Source of the DNA: Octopus sinensis
Lineage: Eukaryota
DNA: 64,000 nucleotides
NCBI RefSeq assembly: GCF_006345805.1
Contig: NC_042999.1
Coordinates: forward strand, 27,094,001-27,158,000
Direction: 5' to 3'
The stretch's first letter is position 1. The number at the start of each line of letters is the position of its first letter. A program made the translations under genes and the position numbers. The notes under the pieces are model-generated. The model saw only the letters and a list, made by a program, of their open reading frames with translations, had not been told where the DNA came from and searched no databases. Shown here piece by piece: positions 24,162 through 37,198 of the stretch.

Positions 24162-26339
24162 ATATATGATGGTATACCGGAAAGTAAGCATGTAGATAAA
24201 TCAATCCATCGTGAAGTAAAATCTCAGCGTTTCTATGTTATTGGCAACTGTTTAAATTATTGAATAGATTGACGTAAATATTTTGATGTATTATGCAAGT
24301 GTGTACTGAGTGCTGCTTAATGTGGGAATTATGTAGACACCTATTTATTGTTCTTGTTACTGTTCATCTGAAGTTTGCTTATATTAACTAAATATGGTTG
24401 AATGTATAAGCGGCCGTTACTATGTAATGTAAATGTGTATCTATTATTTTACTGACTATACCTGTATTTTTATCAGTACTACCGTTCGACGCATCGGTCT
24501 TAGAGGCATCTTGTAAACTATTTTTTAAATTATTAAATTATTAATCGTTCCCTACAAGTGGTATGTGAATGAAGTAGATACTTATGACTCACTAACAGAT
24601 ATCTAACACCGACTAGGCAAACATGAAATCTTTGAAATAGTTTCACAGAACATCTTAGGAGTATGAATGTAAATGTAAATCTATGAAGTGTAGTGCTACT
24701 GAGGTTGGTGTGCTGGGGTCAAGTCAGATGTAATTTATCAATTTAATCTGACCTCCAAATTTAAAAGCAAGTCAACAAATAGAATAAGAAAAAGATAAAA
24801 TATTCACAATTAACAATAATCCGAATTTTTTCTATGAGCAGGAGGGAAGACACAAAGGATTGTAATACTTCACAAGCATATATGTAACTCTGTGGGAGAT
24901 CAATGGATGCTTAGGTTGGATATCATATTAGTAATTGCATGACTTAAAAAGTGGGAGCGCTGTATTTTGAAAAGCTGAGCAAAATAGTACGCCTGTAACG
25001 GTTAAAACTTAAGGAAGATAATGACGAACAACTTTCTCTGGTCTCTTTTAAAAGGATTAATTAGTTTTGATAGTGTTCCATATTTTAAAGTTTGTAATAC
25101 AAACTAAACTTTAATATCAAAATGAACTTTACGGTAATGTATTTAGGCGGCTATGAGAATATGAAATTCATGGTAATGTTAGATGCTAAACATGAAGCGG
25201 TATGCGAATTGGTCTAGGGAATTAATTATTATGGAAATAGATGTTACTTTGTAGGTAATATTTTCAGTGAATAAATTCGCTTTACTATAAGAATTGGACG
25301 TATATTCATATGGAAACGTATATATTTAGCTTAAGGTACTATACTACAGGTAAATATATACGTATGCATTAAAGGGGAAGGTTACAATTTGAGCAGGCAA
25401 TAACTTGCAATTGGGCTTCATATGATGTACATATTTGTTTTCTTTTTCATAATACTTTATATTAATAGGTTTTGAAATTTCTTCAAGAATTCTATCAACT
25501 TCTCCGACAAATGTATATATTTGAACAAAATGGCGACTCAATTCATTCGATACCGTAATGTTATTCCTTATTACGTCACTACAAGAAACTAATCTGGACC
25601 AGTATTGCTTTCACTGCTAAAAATACAAAATCCAGTTTCATATTATCGTTCAAGAAATACGTTTTAGACACTTATAAATAACTGTTAATGCAAAACATTA
25701 TACATTAGATTCTTGCCTGATTTTATAATTATCTTTAGCAGTTTTTCTATTCCTATAAAAAATATCCATTTTAACCAGTAGCTATATCATAGAGCAGAAG
25801 TTGTACATCAAAACTAGAAAATAAAACTAATTTATCAGCTTGCAAATTTTTTCTCTAAACACAATGAAAGATTTAGTTTCCAAAACGGTAATCTCCACCA
25901 CCACTTACAAAACAACACAGCCATTTCTTCTGCCACAAATACCAATATTATGAGCATGATTACTTAGAAACTTGTGACAACAAACTCAGTCAGACATTTG
26001 ACATAACAATTCAACCGATACAGACTTTCTAGGCAAAACAACATTCATCAAATGAAGTGCCTACTCTCATATATGTTAATCCCAATATTTCTTTTTAAAA
26101 AATAGATGACAAAGATTCGAGAAAACATGATAAATCTAAGAATAGTGAATTAATTTAATATAAAAAATTAATTCCTGAATTCTCTGCACAAACTTTTCAC
26201 AAATTGTTTGTGTGATTTTATAAAAAATACTTTGAAAGATGTAAAATATCGAATTTAATAATAAGTCATTATACCCTTAGTATAAGGTGAAGAAAATTGT
26301 ATAAAAAGTATTTGCTGAGTAACCTGCAAAGAATTGGAA

Positions 26340-26490
26340 ATATTGGTATTAAAGTTTGGTATAAGACCAGCAATTTTGGAGTAGAGATTAAGTCAATTGT
26401 ATCAGCTCAACTGCTCAATAGTTACTTATTTGTTCGACCTCAAAAAGATAAAAGGCAAAGTCGATCCCGGCGGTATTTGAACTCAGAGAA
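26340..26490 (-). mobile_element. SINE family B fragment
   Basis: AAAGGCAAAGTCGATCCCGGCGGTATTTGAACTCAGA. Confidence 0.65.
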
Positions 26491-26741
26491 ATGGGTGATT
26501 CAAATGTGCCATACACAACGAGCAATTGGAGAACAAATGAGAGGGTGAATTAGTAAATGTGCATAAGTGTGATGATGAAGAAAGGAGATGTGCCGGGAGG
26601 TGTATGAGAGTGGAGAGTATACATGAATACATGTTGAAAGGTGGACGTGAACGCATTCACCTATATATTCATCAAATGCATAATCACACTTATACACATT
26701 TTTATATAAGCACACACACACCACACACATACATACACACA

Positions 26742-27065
26742 GGCTGATTGCTAACTAGTTCAAATACTAGGAAATCCCCAAATTGTAGAAATCCAAAAGA
26801 TAGGGCTCATGAGACTTTCCCATACCCTACATAAAATACTGTCTATGTAATCACAAATTTTAAAACAAACTTATAATTTTCTTGTGTTTTCTAAGACATT
26901 CTCTAGAACAATATTTTGTGCAAAACAAAATATATGGCACCCTAGTCGTAACTTCGACTCCTAACTTGTTGTTTCTTGAGCTCTCTGGGTGAGACTTGGA
27001 GTTAACTTGTATAAATACAAAGTAAAAAGTCAAACTTATAAAAGTAATAAAATAAAAATAATAAT
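26742..27065 (+). mobile_element. 3' end (C-terminus plus UTR) of an R4/Dong-like RLE LINE
   Basis: Reads EIQKIGLMR..(fs)HTLHKILSM*, resembling the QK..LLGTA.ILR..L C-terminus; ends in an AATAA-rich tail. Confidence 0.5.
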
Positions 27066-28220
27066 TATATTTCCAACAAATGGATCCTACAAACACTAGC
27101 CTTGAACAAAGTAGCACCAATAATCATAAAGTATATAAAACATTCCATGAGTAAATGGCAAGCAGTGCTACAAATCCAGACAAAGCCGAGACTCATAAAA
27201 ACCAAAGCCATGCTCGTTAGAGGAGGAATATTCCCGGGAGACACGCTCTCACCTCGTCTTTTCTGCTTGGCACTGACACCTTTATCTGAAATGCTAAACA
27301 GAACTAGATGTGGATACAAATGATACGGCAAAACAATCAGCCACCTCTTATATAAAGGTGATCTAAAACTGTATGCTACAAAAGATGAACAGCTGAAACA
27401 TTACTACAGGCACTACATGGATATACCAAAGAATTAAACGTGAAATTTGGCTCAGAAAAATTTGCCAAAGCAACCTTGAAAAGAGGAAAACTACTTAAGA
27501 GTTGCAACATCACACTAGATAAAGCAAATGAAATAAGAGAGTTAGACCAAAGCCTTGACATACAAATACTTATGAATCAATGAACTAGATACGATACAAT
27601 ACACACAAACGAAAGAGAAGGTAATAAAATAATGTTATAGATAAATCAGATTAATACTGAAAGCAGAGCTCAATGCAAAAAACAAGATAATAGTTATCAA
27701 CATTCAGTTATAATATTGTGCACCCAGGCACAATATCCCTAACTCCTGGCTAAAATACCTAACAGGAATACATAAGACGCTGGTCAAGAAATTCAATGAG
27801 ATACTAGCAGAGCCATGGTAAAAATTGGGATACGCTAAACAGAAAAGAAATAGACAAAGTAAAATCCCAACTCTGGCTGAGAAGCTCAGGACTGAAAATA
27901 GAAACTGAAGGATTTTTAATTGCAGCACAAGATCAAAGCCACCAACCAGAGATCATCTGAGACGCATGATGAAGATAGAAGTAACTGCAGAATATCTGGA
28001 GATTGGGAAGAAACAATAAGCCATATTGTCTGTGGTTGCCGAATCTTGGCTAAGAATAAATATACCCACAGTCATGACAGACTTGGGACCTATATACACT
28101 GGAAGCTATGCGAGCACTGTGGAATGATAACTAAAAACAAAGATGTTACATGCACACCTCAGAAAAGGTCTCTGAAAAGGACAAAGCAACCATGTTCTGG
28201 CATATGCCAATACACACAGT
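27066..28220 (+). mobile_element. Decayed R4/Dong-like non-LTR retrotransposon (RT plus CCHC)
   Basis: GIFPGDTLSPRLFCLALTPLS, ISHLLYKGDLKLYA (YMDD-like), and CRISGDWEETISHIVCGC...HSHD (CCHC plus RHD-like). Confidence 0.85.
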
Positions 28221-29552
28221 GAAGTGTCCCCACGCCGAACTGTAACTTACCAAACCTGCTATTATACTTAAATAAACGCACGCACACACACACGGGCGCA
28301 GCCACAAACATTACCATTTCTATCAGAATTACTGTGGCAGACGTAAAAATATATAGTATAGATATATGAGAGCCTGACAAATAAAAAAGTGGTGGACAAA
28401 GCGTGTACAAAGTAAACCAAGTTGGGGACTGTTACAACCAAATTTCTAATAGTATTTAGATATTTATCTTCGACGATATCACACGGTGTGGATGTTAGAT
28501 TTTCTCTTAGAAATGGAAGAAATTTCAAGTTTTATTGTTATCACATCATTATGTGTCTTCTAATTAGAATATTGCGCATGAAAGAAGCCATGCACTAAGT
28601 TACCTTTAGAAGATAATTGACGTGCGTTTTAACCATATTAAAAGGCTGTAAATAAAAATTATTCTTACTTAAATGAAAACTTAGATATAGGATAACGTAA
28701 CGTAAGTGTTTCTATTCTCTTAGTCCATAAAATTAGAATTATTTTGATTTTCAAAAGCCATGCTGTGTACGCGTTAATTTTTACATTTAAAAAATTTTTT
28801 CTTAGTCAGAGGAAGAAAAATAATTTATTTACCAAACAGCAGAAACAAATTGAAGAAAGGTAGAACTAAAAAACTGAAGAATAAACCATGAGGCATCGAA
28901 TATTCGTCCTAATATTTGCTAAATGCAAGCAAGTTTTAATAGCAGTGGTTAAAATATTTTTACTCATTATTTTTGAAAGTGACATAAATCTAAAATGTTC
29001 ACATTTCAAAATGTCATAATTCTATGTAATGATAATATCAGGCTTACAGCAGTTTGTTAAGTCTTCATTTACAACACAATACAAAGCAATAAACAGAGTA
29101 TATGATAAAATCATGTGTATTGTTAAAATCGTTATGGTAACAGTAAATATTTTATCATTATTCTAATCTCAACAATGAAATAATACATGATATGATTATA
29201 ATTATGCATGTATATATGTATTTCGCCATATAAATAAGCGTGTACATAAAGACAGAAAAAGTAAAATTAAATAGTAATGGACAGACAAGAGCTGAATTTT
29301 AAAGTAAAGCAAAATTGTGATTTTGTGACAAAAATACTTCATATCAATTTTGCTTTCTGCAAATATATGCTTCACTGAGGAGTAGTGTCTTGTTCATAGA
29401 AGAAATATATAACCGTAAATTCATGTTTCTGACTGATAGTTCACGAGTCTTCTACATAAGCATCTCTCCGCCTGTATGCGATAGCAATTTCTCGCTTTCA
29501 CTTTCTAATTCGCATCTTCAAAACTGTTATATTGTAACCAATTTATTCTACA

Positions 29553-29618
29553 CTAGCATAGATACCCGGCGTTGCCCGGTTACATCCAATAGAAGAATTA
29601 GACTTTTCTGTTATATAT
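29553..29618 (-). mobile_element. Ultra-short non-autonomous Helitron-like element
   Basis: Minus-strand 3' hairpin CCGGGCAACGCCGGG plus CTAG-T; TATATAA-rich 5' end; related end at 53467. Confidence 0.5.
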
Positions 29619-29642
29619 ATATATGGATACACACACACACAC

Positions 29643-29673
<31 letters not shown>

Positions 29674-29779
29674 AATTTATGTATAGTAATATAAATACAT
29701 GAAAGTACATGAAGTTTGTTAAAAAAAGGGGGATCATGTATATACCTCCTGGCTGTTGAGATTATAACACCTCGTTGTA

Positions 29780-30242
29780 AACTCGTCTTTTGTGCTAGGC
29801 CACTGGTAATAATAATTTATTTTATTACCCTATTTGATTATGTTTTAATATTGCTTGATAAATTTGTTCGTAAATCTTTTACCGGCATCCTCTCTGTTCG
29901 CCGGGCATGGTTTGCGTCTGCGCAGAGGTTTGAAAAGTTAAGATATACAAACCGTTAGATCTACATGTGCTTCTAACAGTCTGTGCGTCTAGGATTACGA
30001 AGGCTTCCCACTGAAGAACCTGGCCTGGAAAATATATTCTGAGTGTTTGCTAAAAAAGAGGTAGAAACCGTTCGGTCTGGGATATAGCTGAGATGGTAAA
30101 TGTTTTTAATTTTCATTCCTTTCATGAATTTATCCCTTTTGTGTTTCTAGCACTACGCCTCCTTATTTGGAAGCCTTTTATTATATTTCTATACGAAAAA
30201 TATATAGTCTAAAGACTAACTCGTCTTTTGTGCTAGGCCACT
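29780..30242 (+). mobile_element. Terminally redundant non-coding HHR element (438-bp period; solo pseudo-LTR or retrozyme-like)
   Basis: 25-bp direct repeat AACTCGTCTTTTGTGCTAGGCCACT at 29780-29804 and 30218-30242; internal HHR; (TA)n downstream. Confidence 0.75.
30006..30082 (+). ncRNA. Type I hammerhead ribozyme with long loop II
   Basis: TCCCA CTGAAGA ACCT [37 nt] AGGT a GAAA CCG tt CGG TC TGGGA; canonical core and triplet GUC. Confidence 0.82.
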
Positions 30243-30269
30243 AGTTATATATATATATATATATATATA

Positions 30270-30778
30270 CTAGCAGTATCGCCCGGCGTTTCTCGGGTTT
30301 GTAAGGGAAATAACTATATAAGCATTTTTAGAGAGCTACTTCCCTTATAGATGCCAATTCGGGCTTTCTTAGCCATTTCTGTTTTGGTGTCTTCAAGCCA
30401 TGAAGTCGTTGTTCTAAAAGAACGCTGGTCTCCTTGACAACGCTTTACGACGTTGATTTCCTTACACCCCCTCCCCCACAGCTTCACGAGGGAGGGAAGA
30501 AGGGGAGAAGCAAACAGGTGCAGGTGTGACCATGGACGCCAACTCCGCCGCCATCGACACCCGAAAAATTATGCATTAAAATGGAATAAAAAATGATGTT
30601 AAATTATTTTTAAAATCGTAGACTCATTGTAGACGCGCGCTAATACTCAGACGGGCTCGATATGAATCACGACTATAAGATACCCGAATTTGGTTAAACT
30701 GCACCGCAAAATGTGGGAGTAGTTAGGAATCTAAATCGAAGGGGACAGACACTCACACAACTACAGTTTTATATATAT
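30270..30778 (-). mobile_element. Non-autonomous Helitron
   Basis: 3' hairpin CCCGAG.AACGCCGGG plus CTAG; homologous to 36900-37198 and 51875-52271, with ~220 bp of extra internal sequence. Confidence 0.8.
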
Positions 30779-31776
30779 ATATATATATTATATATATATA
30801 TATAATATATATATATTATATATATATATATATATATAATGCAAGACCTATAATCCTGTAAGTAGTGTTTGCATCTGGATATCGTAAGGGTCGTCCAACA
30901 CCTTAGAATATAAGTTTCTGGTAGACTTTCCACTGACAGATTACTCAATTAACCAGTTTCAATATGAAACTTTTAAATTAATTCAATTTAATCTCTCTTA
31001 TTGAATTAATTGGCTATGGAAACGTTTGTAGAGATAATAATTTCATATATTGATTTGAATATCGTTGAATAAAATGATGTCTATATGTGAATTTATCCAT
31101 ATTCCTCTTTTTGTCGTACTCACACACACACACACACACACCACACACACACACACACACACAAACACATCATTTTGCTGAATAAGCCATAACTTCATAT
31201 GGTAAATATATATATACTGACAGTCGGTATTTAGCTTGACCGTCTAGCGACGGATTATTCACAACTGATTGCTTTGTAATCCTCAAACGAAACTATAGTA
31301 TAGTGATCTCGTTCGCTTTGGGGCGGTTATCTCCCTTCCCAGAATACGGAAATCTGCTTTCTGCGGTTGTAAGGGCTTTTTAGCTCTTATTAGCAATGTA
31401 TGTGTGACTCTGCACCCCCAGTCACTGCTAGTTTCAAATGAATCTTTCGTTTTTGGTTTTATATTACGTATAACCGTCTTTCTCATTTTATATATGACTG
31501 TGTGCGTGTCTTTGTGTGTGTGTGTATGTGTGTGCATGTGTGTGTATGTATGTATCAGCGTATTTACGTATTATTTTTTTATTCCAATAAACCTACTGCT
31601 CTGTGCTCCTTAATTCTTGTACTCTTTGGATCTTTTACTGGTTTAAGTATGGGGTCATCAGGAGAGAATGCGCGCCGTTTCGGGGCCTACCTCACGGCGG
31701 CATCAATGTGCACCGCCCCCCCCCCCCCTCACTGACATGAGGCCCCGCTTGCTTAATCAGCTGGTTATCAAATAAC

Positions 31777-32121
31777 TGCCTTTAGTCGAATAAATCGACC
31801 CCAGGACTTATTCTTTGTAAGCTTAGTACTTATTCTACCAGTGTCTTTTGCCGAACCGCTAAGTTACGGGGGCGTAAACACACCACCATCGGTAGTTAAG
31901 CGATGTTGGGGTGACAAACACAGACACACAAACATATACTCACATATACATATATATATACATATATACGACAGGCTTCTTTCAGTTTCCGTCTCCCAAA
32001 TTCACTCACAAGGCTTTGGTCGGCCCGAGGCTATAGAAGAAGACACTTGCCCAAGGTGCCAAGCAGTGGGACTGAACCCGGAACCATGTGGTTCGTAAGC
32101 AAACTACTTACCGCACATCCA
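31777..32121 (-). mobile_element. SINE family A
   Basis: Homologous to 957-1358. Confidence 0.88.
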
Positions 32122-33319
32122 CAATGAGTTCTGTCTATAACATTGGATGTTGCAATCCAAAATAGTTGAGGATCCTATCTTATAATCAATGGCCTCTATG
32201 CTTATCACACATAACACGTAAGAAAGTTTAGACGAAGAATACTTTTGAAAAAGAAAACAACGTCATATTAAACGCACGTCTGAGAATGCGTGCTCCTTCG
32301 AAAAGAATGGCACGAAGAATTATCTTTTACGAATGACAAAAGCTTGCACCTATCAAATTAAAACTTCGGAAGCTTTTGATTTCAGTTACTCTATGTAATA
32401 CGAAGCTAGTGTCTTCCAGCATATTTCCCTTAAACATTTGAAGTATCAGTAAAGTTGTTGAATTAAACAGCTAATTTCATTTAACATTTCAAAAGCTGAA
32501 ACACCATAATCCCTACACATGCAATCTTATTAACAAAGAACAAAATCATCTGCTTCTGGTTTTAAGACAGACGATTGGTCGGTTTAGATAATGGCTTAAA
32601 AGCTTTAAAAGACCATAAATCTATTTTCTTAGCCTACTCTAAATCATATCAATTCTGCAGAAATGGAATATGATTCAACAAGTTTATACTTGTAATTGAT
32701 ACTATAATTATGCATATTGTTAGCATTCCGCTCCAGAATTCAAATATGACATCGTTAGAGCTCGTTTAAAATCTTATATTTTCACTATTGATTTGAGCAT
32801 GCTAAAAAATATTTTCTACTTTCTGATCGATCTGGTTGTGACCCTTTCGCATATTCCTGTCACTTTCTATCGCCATCTAGTTCTATTATTTAGATTGGGA
32901 GCTTAAATGCAATAAATGTTTCATTAGTTGATTACACAAGCATGGACGCCGCCCCTGCAGATGCGTTGAATTTACTCTCCTGATAGTACTCAGTGACCTT
33001 GACCATTCATCTTCTTGCATTCCATCGCTCAACATCAATGTAAGTAGCACTGTTGGCTCTTGTCCACTGTAAGAATGTAGGAAGCACTATTGTACTCTTC
33101 CGATCCTTTTTTACCATCCGCCGTGCTGTACTCCAATGAATTCATCGTGTCTCTGGCAAGATAGCTGAACGCGTGCCATGCCTTGCCAAAGAGAGCATCG
33201 AAACTAAGCGGGGTAGGGCCATCACTCCCTTAGGTATTTCAAAGCATGCCCAACGATTGTATATAATAGCTCACATCTTTTCAAAGGTTATATGGGTTGC
33301 TTTGATGGAGATTAAATCT

Positions 33320-34058
33320 GCATTATAATAGGATTATTTAAACAGCTTAAAATCAAAATTTGTTTCTATAATTTGATTATACACGAATGATCAAATTTTA
33401 GCCCTAATAGGAATGGTAGAGACCTAGAAAATATTTCATACTCTTAAAGTTTTGACCTTAAGCTATATTCATATTGTTAGAAGCTATATTCAAATTAGGC
33501 TCAGGTTAATCTCCTTATCAAAAATCTTGCAAACTTAAGCACCATGTTCCGAAAACCACGAATCTTTCCCCTTTAATTCTAAAAATCGGATCTCTATTTT
33601 TGATAAGAGAACTTCTATATATTCTGATGAAGTGATATTTAACTTCTATCGTATTTTACAAATACTCTTTAAACAGAAGCGCTTTTAGCATTATAATAGG
33701 ATTATTTAAACAGCTTAAAATCAAAATTTGTTTCTATAATTTGATTATACACGAATGATCAAATTTTAGCCCTAATAGGAATGGTAGAGACTTAGAAAAT
33801 ATTTCATACTCTTAAAGTTTTGACCTTAAGCTATATTCATATTGTTAGAAGCTATATTCAAATTAGGCTCAGGTTAATCTCCTTATCAAAAATCTTGCAA
33901 ACTTAAGCACCATGTTCCGAAAACCACGAATCTTTCCCCTTTAATTCTAAAAATCGGATCTCTATTTTTGATAAGAGAACTTCTATATATTCTGATGAAG
34001 TGATATTTAACTTCTATCGTATTTTACAAATACTCTTTAAACAGAAGCGCTTTTAGCA
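33320..34058. repeat. Near-identical 368-bp tandem duplication
   Basis: Units start at 33320 and 33688; GCA microhomology; one substitution seen (GACCTAG vs GACTTAG). Confidence 0.95.
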
Positions 34059-35541
34059 ATAGGATCGAGTAGATTCTACTACACAAAGATTCGTACTTCA
34101 GTAAAACTAGAAGAAAATTTAAATGATTTAATGCACCTTTCAATACAAACGTCACAACTACACTTGTATGAACTTTTCAAATTTATTTATTTATTTAGTA
34201 AACGCTCCTATAATATCCATAAGTTTCACAATTTTCTATATTAGAAATAATGTTAAAATAAGTAACAACGGTATATATATATATGCATATACGTATGTAA
34301 GCGTGTGTGGATGCATGCGTAAATATAGGTGCAGCTTTACGTATGCTATTTAGCACTTGACATCTACGTTTCTATCAGTACGTGCATTAGACTCCTGATA
34401 TTAAAGGTGAGATCATGCATTCAATACCTGGATCTTGCTATGGTCTTTTTCCTTGCCCATCATATCCTGTTGTTCCAATTCATTCAGCTTACAATTAACA
34501 ATTGCAGCACATGAGGTCAAACCTGTAACCAAAAGGTGTCTTTCTAGATTAAGTTTTCAACAGGAGGAGTGACAAGCGCATGCCGTTTCATCCAAACGCT
34601 GTCATGGGTTACATATGCCGACAGGAAGCTCACCCCAACAAAAAACATACATTCACATTATACATGTTAGATTTAATGATGTAAATATGATTTCACAATA
34701 CGTTCTCTTTATCAGCTATTCAATGTATATATTTACTCAGTACGATTATTTCGCATTTTTTAGGTATTTTTCGTTGATCCATTTTACGATTGCACAGGAA
34801 GAATTCTATGGCATGTAACTTCATTCCAATGTACGTCCCTGATATATATTGGGATGAGGTCAAAACAACCCAATAGCCACAAATGCCCTATCTTAATGAC
34901 GGAGAGGGGAAATAAGTTACCTAGCAAACATACCCAGATCTCCGGTGATTTCGAATATTGATGGATAGCGTCTTCATATTCATGAAGGTTAAGCTCAACT
35001 CACGTTGTCACCGTATAACACTCATGTGTTAAAATGGTCTAATACTGTAGTCAAGGCACATAAATGTAAACATATACATTGACAAGGACTTTAATCGGCC
35101 GAAAAATGCCGAAAAATGTCAGAAACAATGAAGCTAAACATATTGTTCGACTTGCTAACAAAACTGTCAGATCTATCGCCTTGTGAATATATTTCTCTAC
35201 GTATTTGCATATTTCTATTCATTCATGCATATAAACACGTGCGGGCACAAACACATACACGCACACAGACACGCACTCACACATATGCGCGCGCACACTC
35301 ACACACATACAGATATAGTATGTTACAGTATTAATTACTGCTGACTTTCATGTTTCCTCAGCATTGTATAATATGTTTCCCTTTCAGTCTATGTATACCC
35401 ACCATCTCAGGGATATTACCTATATGGGTGATATAATCAGGAGGAAATTAACATGGAATTTACCTGTTTGAAACTTAGAACGAGCCGAAGGTACGCCAGA
35501 GTCTGATCTCAATATTTGACGTGAGGTCTTCCACGATTATT

Positions 35542-35968
35542 TACTCTTACTCTTTTACTCATTTACTTGTTTCTGTCATTTGACTGCGGCCATGCTGGAG
35601 CACCGCCTTTAATAGAGCAACTCGACCCCGGGACTTATTCTTTCGTAAGCCCAGTACTTATTCTATCGGTCTCTTTTGCCTAACCGCTAAGTGACGGGGA
35701 CATAAACACACCAGCATCGGTTGTCAAGCAATGCTAGGGGACAAACACAGACACACAAACAGACACACGCATACACATATATTTATATATATATATACAT
35801 ATATACGACGGGTTTCTTTCAGTTTCCGTCTACCAAATCCACTCACAAGGCGTTGGTCAGCCCGAGGCTATAGTAGAAGACACTTACCCAAGGTGCCACG
35901 CAGTGGGACTGAACCCGGAACCATGCCGTTGGTAGACAATCTACTTACCACGCAGCCACTCCTGCGCC
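35542..35968 (-). mobile_element. SINE family A, full length
   Basis: Homologous to 957-1358. Confidence 0.9.
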
Positions 35969-36899
35969 TATTTGTCCATTTTCTTGTAATCGCTTCCGTG
36001 TTTCATTTCGCTGTGTTGGGGGAAAATGTTAGCTAGTAAATGTAGAAAATTTTAGTTCCTGATACTCGTAATTATTGCTGTTTCCCTCTCTGTGTCTCGT
36101 TGAGACAAATGAAGACATACAAAGGGAAAGATCAGGTAGCCTTCTGTGAATGCGCAGCCGGAAACCATTTATAGGAAGAGGCGTATTGTTTATGAACACA
36201 CTAGAAACATTTGAATTTTTGATTGAATATGTATATACGAAACTTTTGATTATTTGTATATTTTCTTTAAAAGTTACATCAAACGGAAAAAAATCATTGA
36301 AAACAAAATGCAAACTCCTTATTACCATCAAAATATATAGGTTCCTTACGAACACAGATTCCACGTGTTCATTGAACTTCATATGTAGGTTATTTTTTGT
36401 TATGTACTCGATGCCATCACTTCGAAAATACTACTTTATTATTGATGCCACTTCGTTCAGGTAGAGAGTTTCATAAGAAATATGAGGGCCCGTTGAAATG
36501 CGCCTCGTCAGATGTAATAATTCTAGAAAAAAAACTTCCTTTGATTAGTACGTTATAGATGTGAAAAGTGTGAAAAATAAATTGACTTTCGCCGAATTTG
36601 AATTCAGAAAAGGAAATAGAAAAGAAATAGAAAAAAATCTCGCAAGGCAGTTTGTCCGATGGTCTAGCACCTTGGTCAAATCATATTAATAATATTAATA
36701 TTAATAATATTAATAATTGAAATAAAGTAACTTCTTGCTCGTCACAAAATCATTTATAATTTCTTTTATAATCATCTCTATTAAATATTTTAACACTAAA
36801 TTGTAGATTTATTTTAGATTGTAGATTTACCTTATGTTCCCCCGTGAATTATATTATTAATAGTATGTTGTATTGCTGGTATTATATAAATTAGTATAT

Positions 36900-37198
36900 A
36901 TTTATATATAAAAGTGAAGTTGTGTGTCTGTCTCCTACAATTTAGATTCATAACTACTCCCACATTTTGCGGTGCAGTGTAACCAAAACCGAGTATCTTA
37001 TAGTCGTGATTCATATCGAGCCCTTATGGGTATTAGCGCGCGTCTATGATGAGTTTACGATTTTAAAAAAAAATTACCATCATTTTTTCCCATTTTGAAT
37101 GCATTTTTTTGCTATTATATAAGGGAAGTAACTCTCTAAAAAATGCTTATATAGTTATTTCCCTTACAAACCCGAGTAACGCCGGGCGATACTGCTAG
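36900..37198 (+). mobile_element. Non-autonomous Helitron
   Basis: Ends CCCGAGTAACGCCGGGCGATACTG-CTAG followed by T; no TSD. Confidence 0.82.

Noticed and set aside
33623-33650. CTGATGA in each unit of the 368-bp duplication (retrozyme-like tandem?)
   Set aside because: No stem II-GAAA-stem III arrangement.
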